From a virus (Duplodnaviria; Caudoviricetes), in IMG/VR virus record IMGVR_UViG_3300027914_001343, positions 64,001-128,000 of that record: a stretch of DNA of 64,000 nt, one strand, 5' to 3'. Position numbers and translations under genes: made by a program. Positions 37,207-45,830 of the stretch are shown piece after piece (the first letter of the stretch is position 1; each line of letters starts with the position of its first letter). Under the pieces are notes generated by a model. That model was given only the letters and a program-made list of their open reading frames with translations. It had not been told where the DNA came from and made no database searches.

Positions 37207-38280
37207 TTAATATATACAAGCACCATGCCCTGCGCCAGGGTAAGGATAAGGCGATAGAGCAAACTGATTTTTTAACGTAAAAGTATCGCCATTGCGTTCA
37301 AGAACAAAAACGTGATTTCCAGTTGTTGCTGAAATACCAATATAAAGATAGGTATTGTCCGGACTGAATCTGGTCCAACATACCGTACCAGAAGATGTTG
37401 GAATATTGACAGTAAGTTTACTGATACTGGAGCCGACTCGTTTCAACAAATAGAACTTGTAAGTTCCTGAAGACGGTATGTAAATGTAAGTGCCGTCAGA
37501 ACTAATAGCCAAACCATGAAAATATCGAGTGGCAAGAGAAGTCACACCTGCTGTAACAAATGCTGCTTTGTTAACTATGTTGGTGAAAATACCGTTACTA
37601 TAACTGTAGAGAATTGGTTGATCTGTATGTGATGTAGAAGAAGCAAGGAGGAAATTACCATCATCACTAAAAACTACCCTACCAACATGTGAACCTGTAT
37701 TACCGGCAGCAATACTAATTCTAGTGTTTGTTACAAAATCGTAACAATATAAATTAGCAGCGATGTTCCAAAGAAGACATCGATTGTCTTTGGAAAAAGC
37801 TATGACGGCACCGGTCGCCGTCGAGACAGCACTTACCAAAGTAGGTAAACTATCCCTAGTAACAATATCACCAGAAATATTGAAAATAGCGATATACGGC
37901 GCAGCATTCATCCTAATAGCTAGCTTAGTGCCTTCCGACGTAAAATCCAAAGAACTTACGCTGTCCCAGTCTAACGTCGGTAAGGCGAGCTCAACAAATA
38001 CATTTGCTTTCCTACGAAGTATCTTTAAACCCCTTGTTGTATTTGATGCTCCACCACCCCACCAACCATAGGCTGTGTATTCCCCATTTTTAGAAGACAC
38101 AACTGTTTGGCCAGGTGCGGTAGTACTGAATGTAGCAGGTAAAACAACTTCAGTTAGACCGCCACCAGAATAATTAAAAGCCCGGAATTGTTTACCAGCA
38201 GCAAACGCACCAATCAATAAATGTGCAAATGCACCACCTGGTTTATTATTAAAGTGGCGTGTGAATAATGAGAAACGCAT
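37207..38280 (-). CDS. Beta-propeller (WD40/YVTN-like) protein, possible receptor-binding or tail accessory
   Basis: Repeated blade motifs FTSEGTKL, FSKDNRCL, FSDDGNFL, ISSDGTYI, FSPDNTYL; AT-rich. Confidence 0.7.
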   Translation of the reverse strand: MRFSLFTRHFNNKPGGAFAHLLIGAFAAGKQFRAFNYSGGGLTEVVLPATFSTTAPGQTVVSSKNGEYTAYGWWGGGASNTTRGLKILRRKANVFVELALPTLDWDSVSSLDFTSEGTKLAIRMNAAPYIAIFNISGDIVTRDSLPTLVSAVSTATGAVIAFSKDNRCLLWNIAANLYCYDFVTNTRISIAAGNTGSHVGRVVFSDDGNFLLASSTSHTDQPILYSYSNGIFTNIVNKAAFVTAGVTSLATRYFHGLAISSDGTYIYIPSSGTYKFYLLKRVGSSISKLTVNIPTSSGTVCWTRFSPDNTYLYIGISATTGNHVFVLERNGDTFTLKNQFALSPYPYPGAGHGACIY

Positions 38281-38299
38281 TTTAATAAACCTCCAAAAG

Positions 38300-38983
38300 T
38301 TACCTATAAAAACTAGCAGTACCTTCTGCAGTATTAGCTAATCTCACCGAATAAAGCTTACCTTTAATACCGCGACCTATAAAAAGGTATGGGGTGCCAC
38401 TTCCTATGGAAGTGTTTTTAACACCCATGTATTTTGACACAATACCAGATGGCGTAGAAATAGCTGAATAAACCTTCCCAGATGTTCTAACATAAGCCAC
38501 CGAACGTCGTAAGTTGAAACCCATAGAAACCAACCATTGATTTCCTATATCGACATAAATGCTTTCGCTGCTAAGCATAAGAAGGACACCGTCCGGACCG
38601 TTATAGTAACCACCACCTTGTTGAGAAATAAGATAGCTGCCCGGACTGTCTGGGTCTAAGGACAGCTCAACAACAATAGCAAAATCTGAACCATTGTTCC
38701 TAAATTCAGCAGGTTGAGCACTCAGAGAAATGACAAGACAACAGTTCCCGTCTAGCTTTACATACTCGCGCCCGTCTGGGTCCTTACCATAAGTACCGCC
38801 AGGAAAGTCACCGTTTATAATCGAGGTGCCGGTAGCGTAATAGTACCAGTAGCCGCGTAAGTTACCCTTTAATTGCTTAAGTTTTTTATCATGCACATAA
38901 AAGTCAGCAAAAGCTCTTGGGTCAGCGACAGGACCGGCTGGTTTTCTTTTTAATATGGTTTGTGCAAGAACGAATGGTCTCAT
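38300..38983 (-). CDS. LamG/ConA-like accessory protein, probable paralogue of the gene at 1-369
   Basis: 227 aa rich in G/Y; LFIG...GKLYSVRL; AAGGA RBS. Confidence 0.55.
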   Translation of the reverse strand: MRPFVLAQTILKRKPAGPVADPRAFADFYVHDKKLKQLKGNLRGYWYYYATGTSIINGDFPGGTYGKDPDGREYVKLDGNCCLVISLSAQPAEFRNNGSDFAIVVELSLDPDSPGSYLISQQGGGYYNGPDGVLLMLSSESIYVDIGNQWLVSMGFNLRRSVAYVRTSGKVYSAISTPSGIVSKYMGVKNTSIGSGTPYLFIGRGIKGKLYSVRLANTAEGTASFYR

Positions 38984-39052
38984 GATTTATTCCTTATAAT
39001 GGTTTGTTGTTAAAAATTACTGTTACACTCACATAGCATAAAAGCCGGGCCA

Positions 39053-39460
39053 TCAGGCCCGGCGTAGTTCACCTTTATACACAGCTTCGATACCAAGGGC
39101 CTTTAAATGCTCTATAACGAGATTCAGAAACAAATGCCTATGGCAGAACGTATTCGGAGCACAATAGCAAGCAAGGGCCATTCTAGGGTACTTAGCGAGT
39201 GTATCCCAGTACAATTTAAATTCTTCTTTACTTCTAACCATCTTAGCTAGATAAATCTCAGAGTATTCTTCTTCAGAAACCTTACCAGATTTGTAATCCA
39301 TGACCAGACTGTAGTCTGGAGCAAAAGCCTGAATTCCGTTCTTAGCAGTAATGTTGAGCAGTTTTATACCTTGTGCTTCTGCTAAGCGCCATTGTCCCAT
39401 TTGGATTGTCCAGATCTCATGCATGTAACGAAATCGCTTTGAGCTGTCTATAGAGACCAC
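39053..39460 (-). CDS. DUF488-family-like protein
   Basis: FAP...DYK.G, Y...Y and ALACYC...FCHRHL motifs; start GTG 39460 or ATG 39424. Confidence 0.7.
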   Translation of the reverse strand: MVSIDSSKRFRYMHEIWTIQMGQWRLAEAQGIKLLNITAKNGIQAFAPDYSLVMDYKSGKVSEEEYSEIYLAKMVRSKEEFKLYWDTLAKYPRMALACYCAPNTFCHRHLFLNLVIEHLKALGIEAVYKGELRRA

Positions 39461-39650
39461 AACCTTTACGACCTTCGGTGAAACCCCTAGCGCGCAAAAG
39501 CAATTTTATTTGTAATCCGAAGTAATTATAAACAGTCACAGATTTGCCTAGTGACCTAGCCTTAAAAAATGTTACTTCCGGTGGGCAGTTGTTAAACTTC
39601 GCCCTTAGTTCCATTTTCAAAGCGTTTCTATTTTTACGATTGTTTACCAT
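39417..39650 (-). CDS. Small basic hypothetical protein
   Basis: 77-aa ORF from ATG 39650 after a terminator. Confidence 0.4.
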   Translation of the reverse strand: MVNNRKNRNALKMELRAKFNNCPPEVTFFKARSLGKSVTVYNYFGLQIKLLLRARGFTEGRKGCGLYRQLKAISLHA

Positions 39651-39667
39651 GAACGCCACCAAAGAAT

Positions 39668-39703
39668 AAAAAAAAAAATAAAGCAGGGGGAAAATCCCCC
39701 TGC
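39668..39703 (-). terminator. Intrinsic terminator
   Basis: AGCAGGGGGA/TCCCCCTGCT stem with U-tract on the minus strand and TTATGCC on the plus side. Confidence 0.8.
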
Positions 39704-39722
39704 TCATTATGCCTTAAGCTGT

Positions 39723-40631
39723 TTAAGCTTCAGACGGGTTTTGCGCGTCAGCACCGACATTGCTTTCACATTCAGGTTCGACTTGCTCAGTCGGTTCATC
39801 GTTTTCAGCTTCCAGACGCGCTGCGTTTTCGGCGATCTGTTGCATCAGTTCCGGAGAGAACATGTTTTCCGGCAGAACTTGACGACGATTGTAGTTGGCG
39901 AGATCATATTCGAATTCACCAGCTTCATTCTTCGTCACGATAACACCAATACAACCAGTACCAGCAGAGATCTGTTTCAGGTTTTCCACATCCTGTTCGG
40001 TCTTGGCAAGGATACAGAACGTGTTCCACTGGATCCCGTTCTGATTTTCAGTGGCGTACAGTTCCGGGTTGGCATCGACCTTGGAAGTGATTTCGGCAGA
40101 GACATGGTTGAAGTTTTGATCAATATCATCAGTAAGTTCCGGATTGATACTGACAACCTGTTCCACAGCATGACCGCAGGTCGCCAAAATTTCAGCGATC
40201 TTTACAGCGTGCACGTCAACGTTTTCGTCACCAAAACCACAGAAGACGAGATTGTTGACGGCGGCTGGGAAGCCGGCACCGACCAGGACGGTAGCGATTT
40301 CAGCGAACGACATTTCTTCGATCTTGGCAAACTTTGTAGCGAAAAGCTCGAGGCGACCCTTGGCTGCCGTGGCGTTTTCGTGGATCTTGGCAATGGCGAC
40401 GTCAATGAATTCCTGGCTGGATTCCGCAGTTGCCTTTTCAGTAAGGCGCGCAACGAATTCACGGATCTGATTCAAGCCAGCGTCGGTTTCATGGATAGCC
40501 AGTTGTTCTTCGAAACCGTGACGGACGATGATCATTTCGTCGGCGGCGCCTTCACCAGCTTGGTCTTCCATGCCCAGTTCTGCGGTTTGGTCCAGAGTTT
40601 CTTGAGCGATTGCTTGCTCTTGGGTAGTCAT
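39723..40631 (-). CDS. Acidic hypothetical protein, probably highly expressed early
   Basis: 302 aa, biased codons, AAACAAGGA RBS. Confidence 0.75.
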   Translation of the reverse strand: MTTQEQAIAQETLDQTAELGMEDQAGEGAADEMIIVRHGFEEQLAIHETDAGLNQIREFVARLTEKATAESSQEFIDVAIAKIHENATAAKGRLELFATKFAKIEEMSFAEIATVLVGAGFPAAVNNLVFCGFGDENVDVHAVKIAEILATCGHAVEQVVSINPELTDDIDQNFNHVSAEITSKVDANPELYATENQNGIQWNTFCILAKTEQDVENLKQISAGTGCIGVIVTKNEAGEFEYDLANYNRRQVLPENMFSPELMQQIAENAARLEAENDEPTEQVEPECESNVGADAQNPSEA

Positions 40632-40707
40632 TTTTTAATGCTTTCCTTGTTTGGAGTGTTAAAGGACAGGGCACCGAATAGTGCCCTGGTACTACAAAGC
40701 CGGCAGA

Positions 40708-41166
40708 TTAATCAGCCAGCAGGGTTGCTGCACGAGCCTTGGCGTCTTTCAGGATTTCATTGAACTCGCCGCGTTTGGCAACGGCGGCACTACGAACTTT
40801 CATGACGATGCTGCCGTGCGAGACGACTTGTTCGCCGGGCTTGGCGGGATTTTGACTGACGGTCTTGCGGTTGTACACACCTTCGTACTTGTCACCACCA
40901 GTGCCGTTGATGGTGACGCTGAAAGTGTTCAGTTTGCCGTTCTTTTTCATTTCGTCCGGCGCGACCGTGTCAAGTGCCAAAGCGGCAGCAGCCACGATAC
41001 TGGCACGGTAGTTATTCGATAGAGCTTCGGACTCAGCAGTCAGGCCTTCCGGCAGATTGCGGACGTAGAAGTCCTTATCGGCAACGATCGTGCCTGCAGT
41101 TTTGTCGATGGTGCCGTTCTTGATCAGGTCTTCAGCGAGTTTTTTGGTTTCGGGAGAAACTGCCAT
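40708..41166 (-). CDS. Conserved hypothetical protein
   Basis: 152 aa, biased codons, AAAACAAGGAAA RBS, hairpin at 40668-40687 downstream. Confidence 0.75.
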   Translation of the reverse strand: MAVSPETKKLAEDLIKNGTIDKTAGTIVADKDFYVRNLPEGLTAESEALSNNYRASIVAAAALALDTVAPDEMKKNGKLNTFSVTINGTGGDKYEGVYNRKTVSQNPAKPGEQVVSHGSIVMKVRSAAVAKRGEFNEILKDAKARAATLLAD

Positions 41167-41169
41167 GAT

Positions 41170-41598
41170 TCATTTCCTTGTTTTAGAGTTGCGATTATTT
41201 CGGTCACCATCCCAGCGATTCCGCACGGAATAGAAACCAGTTGTTTCTGCCGCTGGCGCAGCAGGAGTTGTTACGATCCTGGCTTTCTTAAGAACAACAC
41301 TAGAAACCAGGTAACCTTGCACTGCTGCTGCGCCATTATTCACGGCTTGTGCAACAGCTGACTGCCCTACAAGAACAGTCATCTTTCCTTCGCGCTTATA
41401 AAACATCACGAGGCCTTCCGGATTAATTTCTGAGTCCTTGAAACCAGTGACGTAACCAGTACTGAGGTCGTTAAGCTCAGAAACACTCACTTCAATCTTG
41501 GGCATCGTCGGAACAAGACCGATGAGCTTCTTGTAGTCATGTACGACATCAGCAAAATACAGTACTTTACCAGACATCCGATTCTCCTTATTCTGCAT
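41170..41598 (-). CDS. Hypothetical protein with basic tail
   Basis: 142 aa (alternative ATG 41577 with AAGGAG); LVSSVVLKKAR motif. Confidence 0.7.
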   Translation of the reverse strand: MQNKENRMSGKVLYFADVVHDYKKLIGLVPTMPKIEVSVSELNDLSTGYVTGFKDSEINPEGLVMFYKREGKMTVLVGQSAVAQAVNNGAAAVQGYLVSSVVLKKARIVTTPAAPAAETTGFYSVRNRWDGDRNNRNSKTRK

Positions 41599-41622
41599 AG
41601 CTTAGCTATGTGCTGTAAGAAA

Positions 41623-42288
41623 TTACTCGGTGTCGTCTTCGCCGAAAACTTCACGAGTCTCATCTTCGATCTGGTCTTCCATCTCGATAGGACCAGGGAA
41701 GTAGCTTGAAACCAAGCAGCTGTCCTCACTGTAAGTGAAGTTAATAATGCTCACATTGTTGTCGAGCGATAAAAGCCTGATTGTTTCCAGTTCGTGGTCG
41801 TCGAAGGAACCCACGAGAACAACAGCGTTTTCACCGTCGTTATGCGATGCAGCCATCAGATCAAAAGCTTCCTTCAAACGACCGGCTGTCTCAGGAACAA
41901 AAGGATACAGACAACCAAGACTGATCTCGGCAAAATCAGCGTCGCTGGCCTTGATACCGATCCAACCGAGTTCGCGCCGGATACTGTCGAAAATCATCGC
42001 ACGTTCTTCGGTCGGCATTTCTTTCCAGGCCAGGAATGATTCGACGGCTATGAAGACTTTTGCGTCACCGAGTTCATGACCCATTGCAACGAGATCCGAC
42101 AGCAGTTCACACATATCGCGGTTCTCTTCTGGAAGCTTGCCAGTGGAAGCACAAGCTTCGTTATAGCGCGCAAGCAAGTCATTGCGGCTATCGTCGCAAT
42201 TGTCGAGTGCAACCGCGATCTCAGCAGCACTGTAATGACGCATCAGCAACGCACCGTCTTGCGGCAAAATAGTTTGTTCAGATACCAT
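41623..42288 (-). CDS. Acidic hypothetical protein, first gene of an early operon
   Basis: 221 aa from ATG 42288, early-promoter motif upstream. Confidence 0.7.
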   Translation of the reverse strand: MVSEQTILPQDGALLMRHYSAAEIAVALDNCDDSRNDLLARYNEACASTGKLPEENRDMCELLSDLVAMGHELGDAKVFIAVESFLAWKEMPTEERAMIFDSIRRELGWIGIKASDADFAEISLGCLYPFVPETAGRLKEAFDLMAASHNDGENAVVLVGSFDDHELETIRLLSLDNNVSIINFTYSEDSCLVSSYFPGPIEMEDQIEDETREVFGEDDTE

Positions 42289-42350
42289 TTCTTTAACCCT
42301 CTTGTTTAGTAAATGAAGGAACATTAAGAATCTACAGTTCCAACCCAAGT

Positions 42351-42374
42351 TTGTGATATAGGTCTGAAATATTT
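42351..42374 (-). promoter_or_regulatory. Early promoter, near-identical to the chmA promoter
   Basis: Minus strand AAATATTTCAGACCTATATCACAA; 15 nt identical to 12923-12937. Confidence 0.7.
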
Positions 42375-42382
42375 TTCATTAG

Positions 42383-42412
42383 GGCATATAGGCTAGGCCG
42401 AAGCCTAGCCTA
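42383..42412 (-). terminator. Hairpin terminator with TATGCC
   Basis: TAGGCTAGGC-TTCG-GCCTAGCCTA-TATGCC on the minus strand. Confidence 0.8.
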
Positions 42413-42417
42413 GTAGA

Positions 42418-43179
42418 TTACCACTTAGTCCATGCAGGGGTTGCCGAAGCCGGCTTGTTCCACCCCATGGTGTTTACAAGTTCTTTAGCGAGACCAATAC
42501 CTGCGTCCTCAGCAGCATACCCATGCGGAAGCTTAGTTTCAGCAACACGCTGGATTACGCTACGAGAAATCTGGCGATCGACATAGCATTCGAGCTTAGG
42601 CGACTTGTATTTCTCAGCAACAGAAATACCAGGCTCAGTTACAACGTCCCAGGTGATAATCTGGCGCAGAACACGTTTCGTGATGCCGTGCTCGCGATAG
42701 TCGTCAGTAAAAGCCCGAATCGAGAAACAAACATTTTCATGCTTGTTGTCGAGAGACTTTTCGAAGTGTCCACCATGTGGACCACTGCCCTTAACCTTGG
42801 CCAGCATTGCAATCACAGGTTTGCCTTGCTCGTCCTTGACGCTGTCAAAATCGAGCCAGATTTCCTTATAATGACACGCCACGTTATCTTCGTAGATGTT
42901 CATCACGCGATTAACGAATTGGTCTTCAGTCATACCTGGCATGAACTTCGGATGACCGAGCTCACCCTTCAGTTTGCCACCCTTCACACGACGCTGGAAA
43001 GAGCTACTGCCTTCAAAGAGCTTGACAGCTTCTTGATGTTCATAGAACTGACCAGCAGAATTGTAGACACCCAAGGCACCAAGCACGACCGTGTAGTAAC
43101 CATCATCATCCTTATTTAGGATTCCTTGCTTACCAGTATTGTCGAGAGCAGTACAGGTAAAACGCACAGTAGCAGCCAT
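42418..43179 (-). CDS. Prohead (head maturation) protease (phiKZ gp175-like)
   Basis: GELGHP (His), FSIR (Ser) and TWDVVTEPG (Asp) motifs. Confidence 0.9.
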   Translation of the reverse strand: MAATVRFTCTALDNTGKQGILNKDDDGYYTVVLGALGVYNSAGQFYEHQEAVKLFEGSSSFQRRVKGGKLKGELGHPKFMPGMTEDQFVNRVMNIYEDNVACHYKEIWLDFDSVKDEQGKPVIAMLAKVKGSGPHGGHFEKSLDNKHENVCFSIRAFTDDYREHGITKRVLRQIITWDVVTEPGISVAEKYKSPKLECYVDRQISRSVIQRVAETKLPHGYAAEDAGIGLAKELVNTMGWNKPASATPAWTKW

Positions 43180-43195
43180 TTTCTAGCTCCCTTTA

Positions 43196-43921
43196 TTAAC
43201 GACGCAAAATTGATTCAATACGTTCAGTACGATCAGCAGGAGTAACAAGCGCACTTACCAAACCATCGTGGAAAAAAGCACCAGCCAGTTTATTGGTGGT
43301 GTTAGTTGCACCGAACTGAACGCTCTTCAGAGGAATAAAAGCTGGAGGATTCTTGGAAAGATCCGTCATGTCTTTTACAACCTGTCTGTAATACTTAGTG
43401 CGATCATTAGGATCACGACTGATCATCGAAACAATCAGTTCTGTTACTTCTTGGTTAGCACCAATATTTGCACCAGCATGTTCTTTAGCTGTGTCAAAGA
43501 TCTTACCCATTTCGGTATAACCAAGATACCAAGGCACACGACCCTTCGAAATAATCTCATCGTAAATACGGTAAGTGAGGGTGTCAGTCATAACCAGATC
43601 GAGGCTGGAAATGACGGTGCTGCCTGGTTCAAAAACAAATTCATAGTACTCATCGCCAAGAACGTTAATCACGTTTGTGGATGTAGGCTCGATACGCATC
43701 ATCGCATTAACGACTGAAACCGCGTAGAACGTATCGTCAACAATAATGGCATAAATACCAACGATGGTTGTTTCAATACCAATGGAGGCGAGATTGCGTT
43801 CCTCAAACCGAACCGGGATTTGAATCTTGCAGCCTTTGGTAGTAATCAACCGACCATCAGGAAGTTCTTTGAGAACACTATGGATTCTCCCGGCATCACG
43901 CACCAGTTGCTTTGGATTCAT
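43196..43921 (-). CDS. Conserved virion protein (phiKZ gp176-like)
   Basis: 241 aa from ATG 43921; GRVPWY and TTNKLAGAFF motifs. Confidence 0.72.
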   Translation of the reverse strand: MNPKQLVRDAGRIHSVLKELPDGRLITTKGCKIQIPVRFEERNLASIGIETTIVGIYAIIVDDTFYAVSVVNAMMRIEPTSTNVINVLGDEYYEFVFEPGSTVISSLDLVMTDTLTYRIYDEIISKGRVPWYLGYTEMGKIFDTAKEHAGANIGANQEVTELIVSMISRDPNDRTKYYRQVVKDMTDLSKNPPAFIPLKSVQFGATNTTNKLAGAFFHDGLVSALVTPADRTERIESILRR

Positions 43922-44087
43922 CTTCCGTACCCCGTTTGTTTTTGATAATCTCAATGAAACGCATAAACTCTTCTTTATACTTACGTTCTTCTTCCAACGT
44001 AAGTTTCGGTGGTTTAAATCCGATACAGGCATGAATACCAGAACAACCACAGCGAGGACATGCTGCAAAACTAAGTTTGTTTTTCAT
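43896..44087 (-). CDS. Small putative zinc-binding protein
   Basis: 63 aa; CPRCGCSGIHAC followed by a charged helix; fills the gap between terminator and gp176-like gene. Confidence 0.55.
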   Translation of the reverse strand: MKNKLSFAACPRCGCSGIHACIGFKPPKLTLEEERKYKEEFMRFIEIIKNKRGTEDESKATGA

Positions 44088-44106
44088 TACGAGTCCCGAC
44101 GGATAA

Positions 44107-44130
44107 AGCGAGCTCCGTCGGGAGCTCGCT
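44107..44130 (-). terminator. Hairpin terminator
   Basis: AGCGAGCTCC/GGAGCTCGCT stem. Confidence 0.75.
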
Positions 44131-44134
44131 ATGG

Positions 44135-45574
44135 TTAGGCAACGACCTTCACAACCATCTGAGTAGCCACCCAGTCAGCGATGTATTCGAGAATAGCAAT
44201 AGCCGCCGCTTCACGAATTTCGATTTCAGGATTTGCTTTCTTGGCGTTTTCAATGCCGGTCAGAATACGCTCCGCGCCAGAGTTCGGGAATCGGGCGTAA
44301 CAAACCAACTTCAGACAAAGAGCGTAAAGATCGACCAGTTCCGATTCAGTAACATACTGAAGCATCTCGTTGAACTTATTCAGAACCTTGTCAATATTGC
44401 CAATAGTTCCGAGTTCTTCCTGGGTGATTTCCTTGAGCTGCAGTTGGAAGTGCATCGCAAGGAACTCTTTGATGCGGTTGTAACGACGATTGCGTTCAAC
44501 GCTTTGCACCAGACCACAATGGTGATCCCAGACAGCCTTCAATTCAGCTGCTTTCTCAAGCAGCGCCAGGTTGCTGGTGAGCATCGGACCCTTGACCAAG
44601 CTACCGAAGAGCACCTCGTTCGAACCACCGGCTTCAATGAAACGCTTGTAGTTAGGACCATCCACAGTCACAGTGTTGTCGGTGTAACTGAGTACAAGCA
44701 GAGCAGTCTTTTCAGTGCGTTCCATCTTGGACAGATGGTAAGCAACCACGTTGCCTGCGTTGTTACGGAAATCCGCCATCAAGTTTTCGTAGTCGCTTGC
44801 GGCCATTTCGGTGCCGTTCGGAACATCATCAATAAGACGGCGAGCCAGTAGGAAAACAGCGAGAGCGCGATCTTTACCGAGTTCAGCGTCATTCAGCAGA
44901 TCACGGAACGTAACGATCTTGGTGTCGGTGAGATCAGCTTGTTTCTGTTGGAAGAAGGTTTCCCAGACAGAGATAAAGAAATCGATACCGATAGCCGCAG
45001 CCCATTGGCGAATGTCGTTGTCGAGAATAATGTTGCCAGTCATCATGTTTTCAATGACGTCGCTAACCGCCATGGAAGGCAGGCGCATGCGAAGAGCGGG
45101 GTTCTGGTAAGCAAGGCTTTCGAAGTCTTCAACCATGCGTTTGATAGCTGGGTTGAGCAACGGTGCCGGTTCGTCCTTGACGATGACTTCCATACCAAGC
45201 AGTTCGGATGCAGACATACCGCCAATGCTTTCCGAAACCTTGTGAACAAGTTCGGAAACGACAGGCGCAACAACAGTGCGAGCAAAGTTGATTTGACCTT
45301 GAACGGACTTAGCGGCAACAGCTGTAATTTCGTCCATGGTCTTGTCGTGATCGGAAGTACCGAAACATGGATTGACGGTGTTTGCGATATAAAGCATGTC
45401 GTCGACACTCGGCGCAATATTCTCGCCGTTGATAACAACAAACTTTTCATCAGCACGAGCAGCCATGACCAGTTCCTTCAGCGGAGAGATCTCCAGAGGA
45501 ACAATAATCATGGAACGCGCATCAGCCACTTCCATCAACGAATAGGCCGAATCAATGGCGGACTTGTTAAGCAT
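44135..45574 (-). CDS. Conserved virion protein (phiKZ gp177-like)
   Basis: 479 aa; FARTVVAP and GGSNEVLFG motifs; between vRNAP and protease. Confidence 0.72.
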   Translation of the reverse strand: MLNKSAIDSAYSLMEVADARSMIIVPLEISPLKELVMAARADEKFVVINGENIAPSVDDMLYIANTVNPCFGTSDHDKTMDEITAVAAKSVQGQINFARTVVAPVVSELVHKVSESIGGMSASELLGMEVIVKDEPAPLLNPAIKRMVEDFESLAYQNPALRMRLPSMAVSDVIENMMTGNIILDNDIRQWAAAIGIDFFISVWETFFQQKQADLTDTKIVTFRDLLNDAELGKDRALAVFLLARRLIDDVPNGTEMAASDYENLMADFRNNAGNVVAYHLSKMERTEKTALLVLSYTDNTVTVDGPNYKRFIEAGGSNEVLFGSLVKGPMLTSNLALLEKAAELKAVWDHHCGLVQSVERNRRYNRIKEFLAMHFQLQLKEITQEELGTIGNIDKVLNKFNEMLQYVTESELVDLYALCLKLVCYARFPNSGAERILTGIENAKKANPEIEIREAAAIAILEYIADWVATQMVVKVVA

Positions 45575-45773
45575 TGTGAGCCCCATTCAGCTTGGCGCTC
45601 AGGCTTGCTTGGAAGCGGGTCTGGGCGAGGTTGTAAACGACGCTACGGGTGATGGGCGAACCATTCAGGGTATCAGCCACTTCATTACCGAGCACTTCAA
45701 ACGCGATAGCTGCTACCAGCTCGGCACCATTGGCCAGAGTAGCGAGCGTCTCGACGGATTTCTGGTGTCTCAT
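45567..45773 (-). CDS. Small hypothetical protein
   Basis: 68 aa from ATG 45773, GGAG/AGGA RBS, overlaps the next start. Confidence 0.6.
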   Translation of the reverse strand: MRHQKSVETLATLANGAELVAAIAFEVLGNEVADTLNGSPITRSVVYNLAQTRFQASLSAKLNGAHNA

Positions 45774-45802
45774 TTCCTGTCTCCGGTTTGACAAATAAAT
45801 AA

Positions 45803-45828
45803 ACTAGGGGAGCTTTGGCTCCCCTAGC
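45803..45828 (-). terminator. Hairpin terminator
   Basis: CTAGGGGAGC/GCTCCCCTAG stem. Confidence 0.75.
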
Positions 45829-45830
45829 GA

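Noticed and set aside
37156-42418. Terminase-sheath-tube block lying close to the protease-vRNAP block, unlike phiKZ
   Set aside because: As recalled, this order also occurs in other phiKZ-related phages such as SPN3US, so it is not novel.
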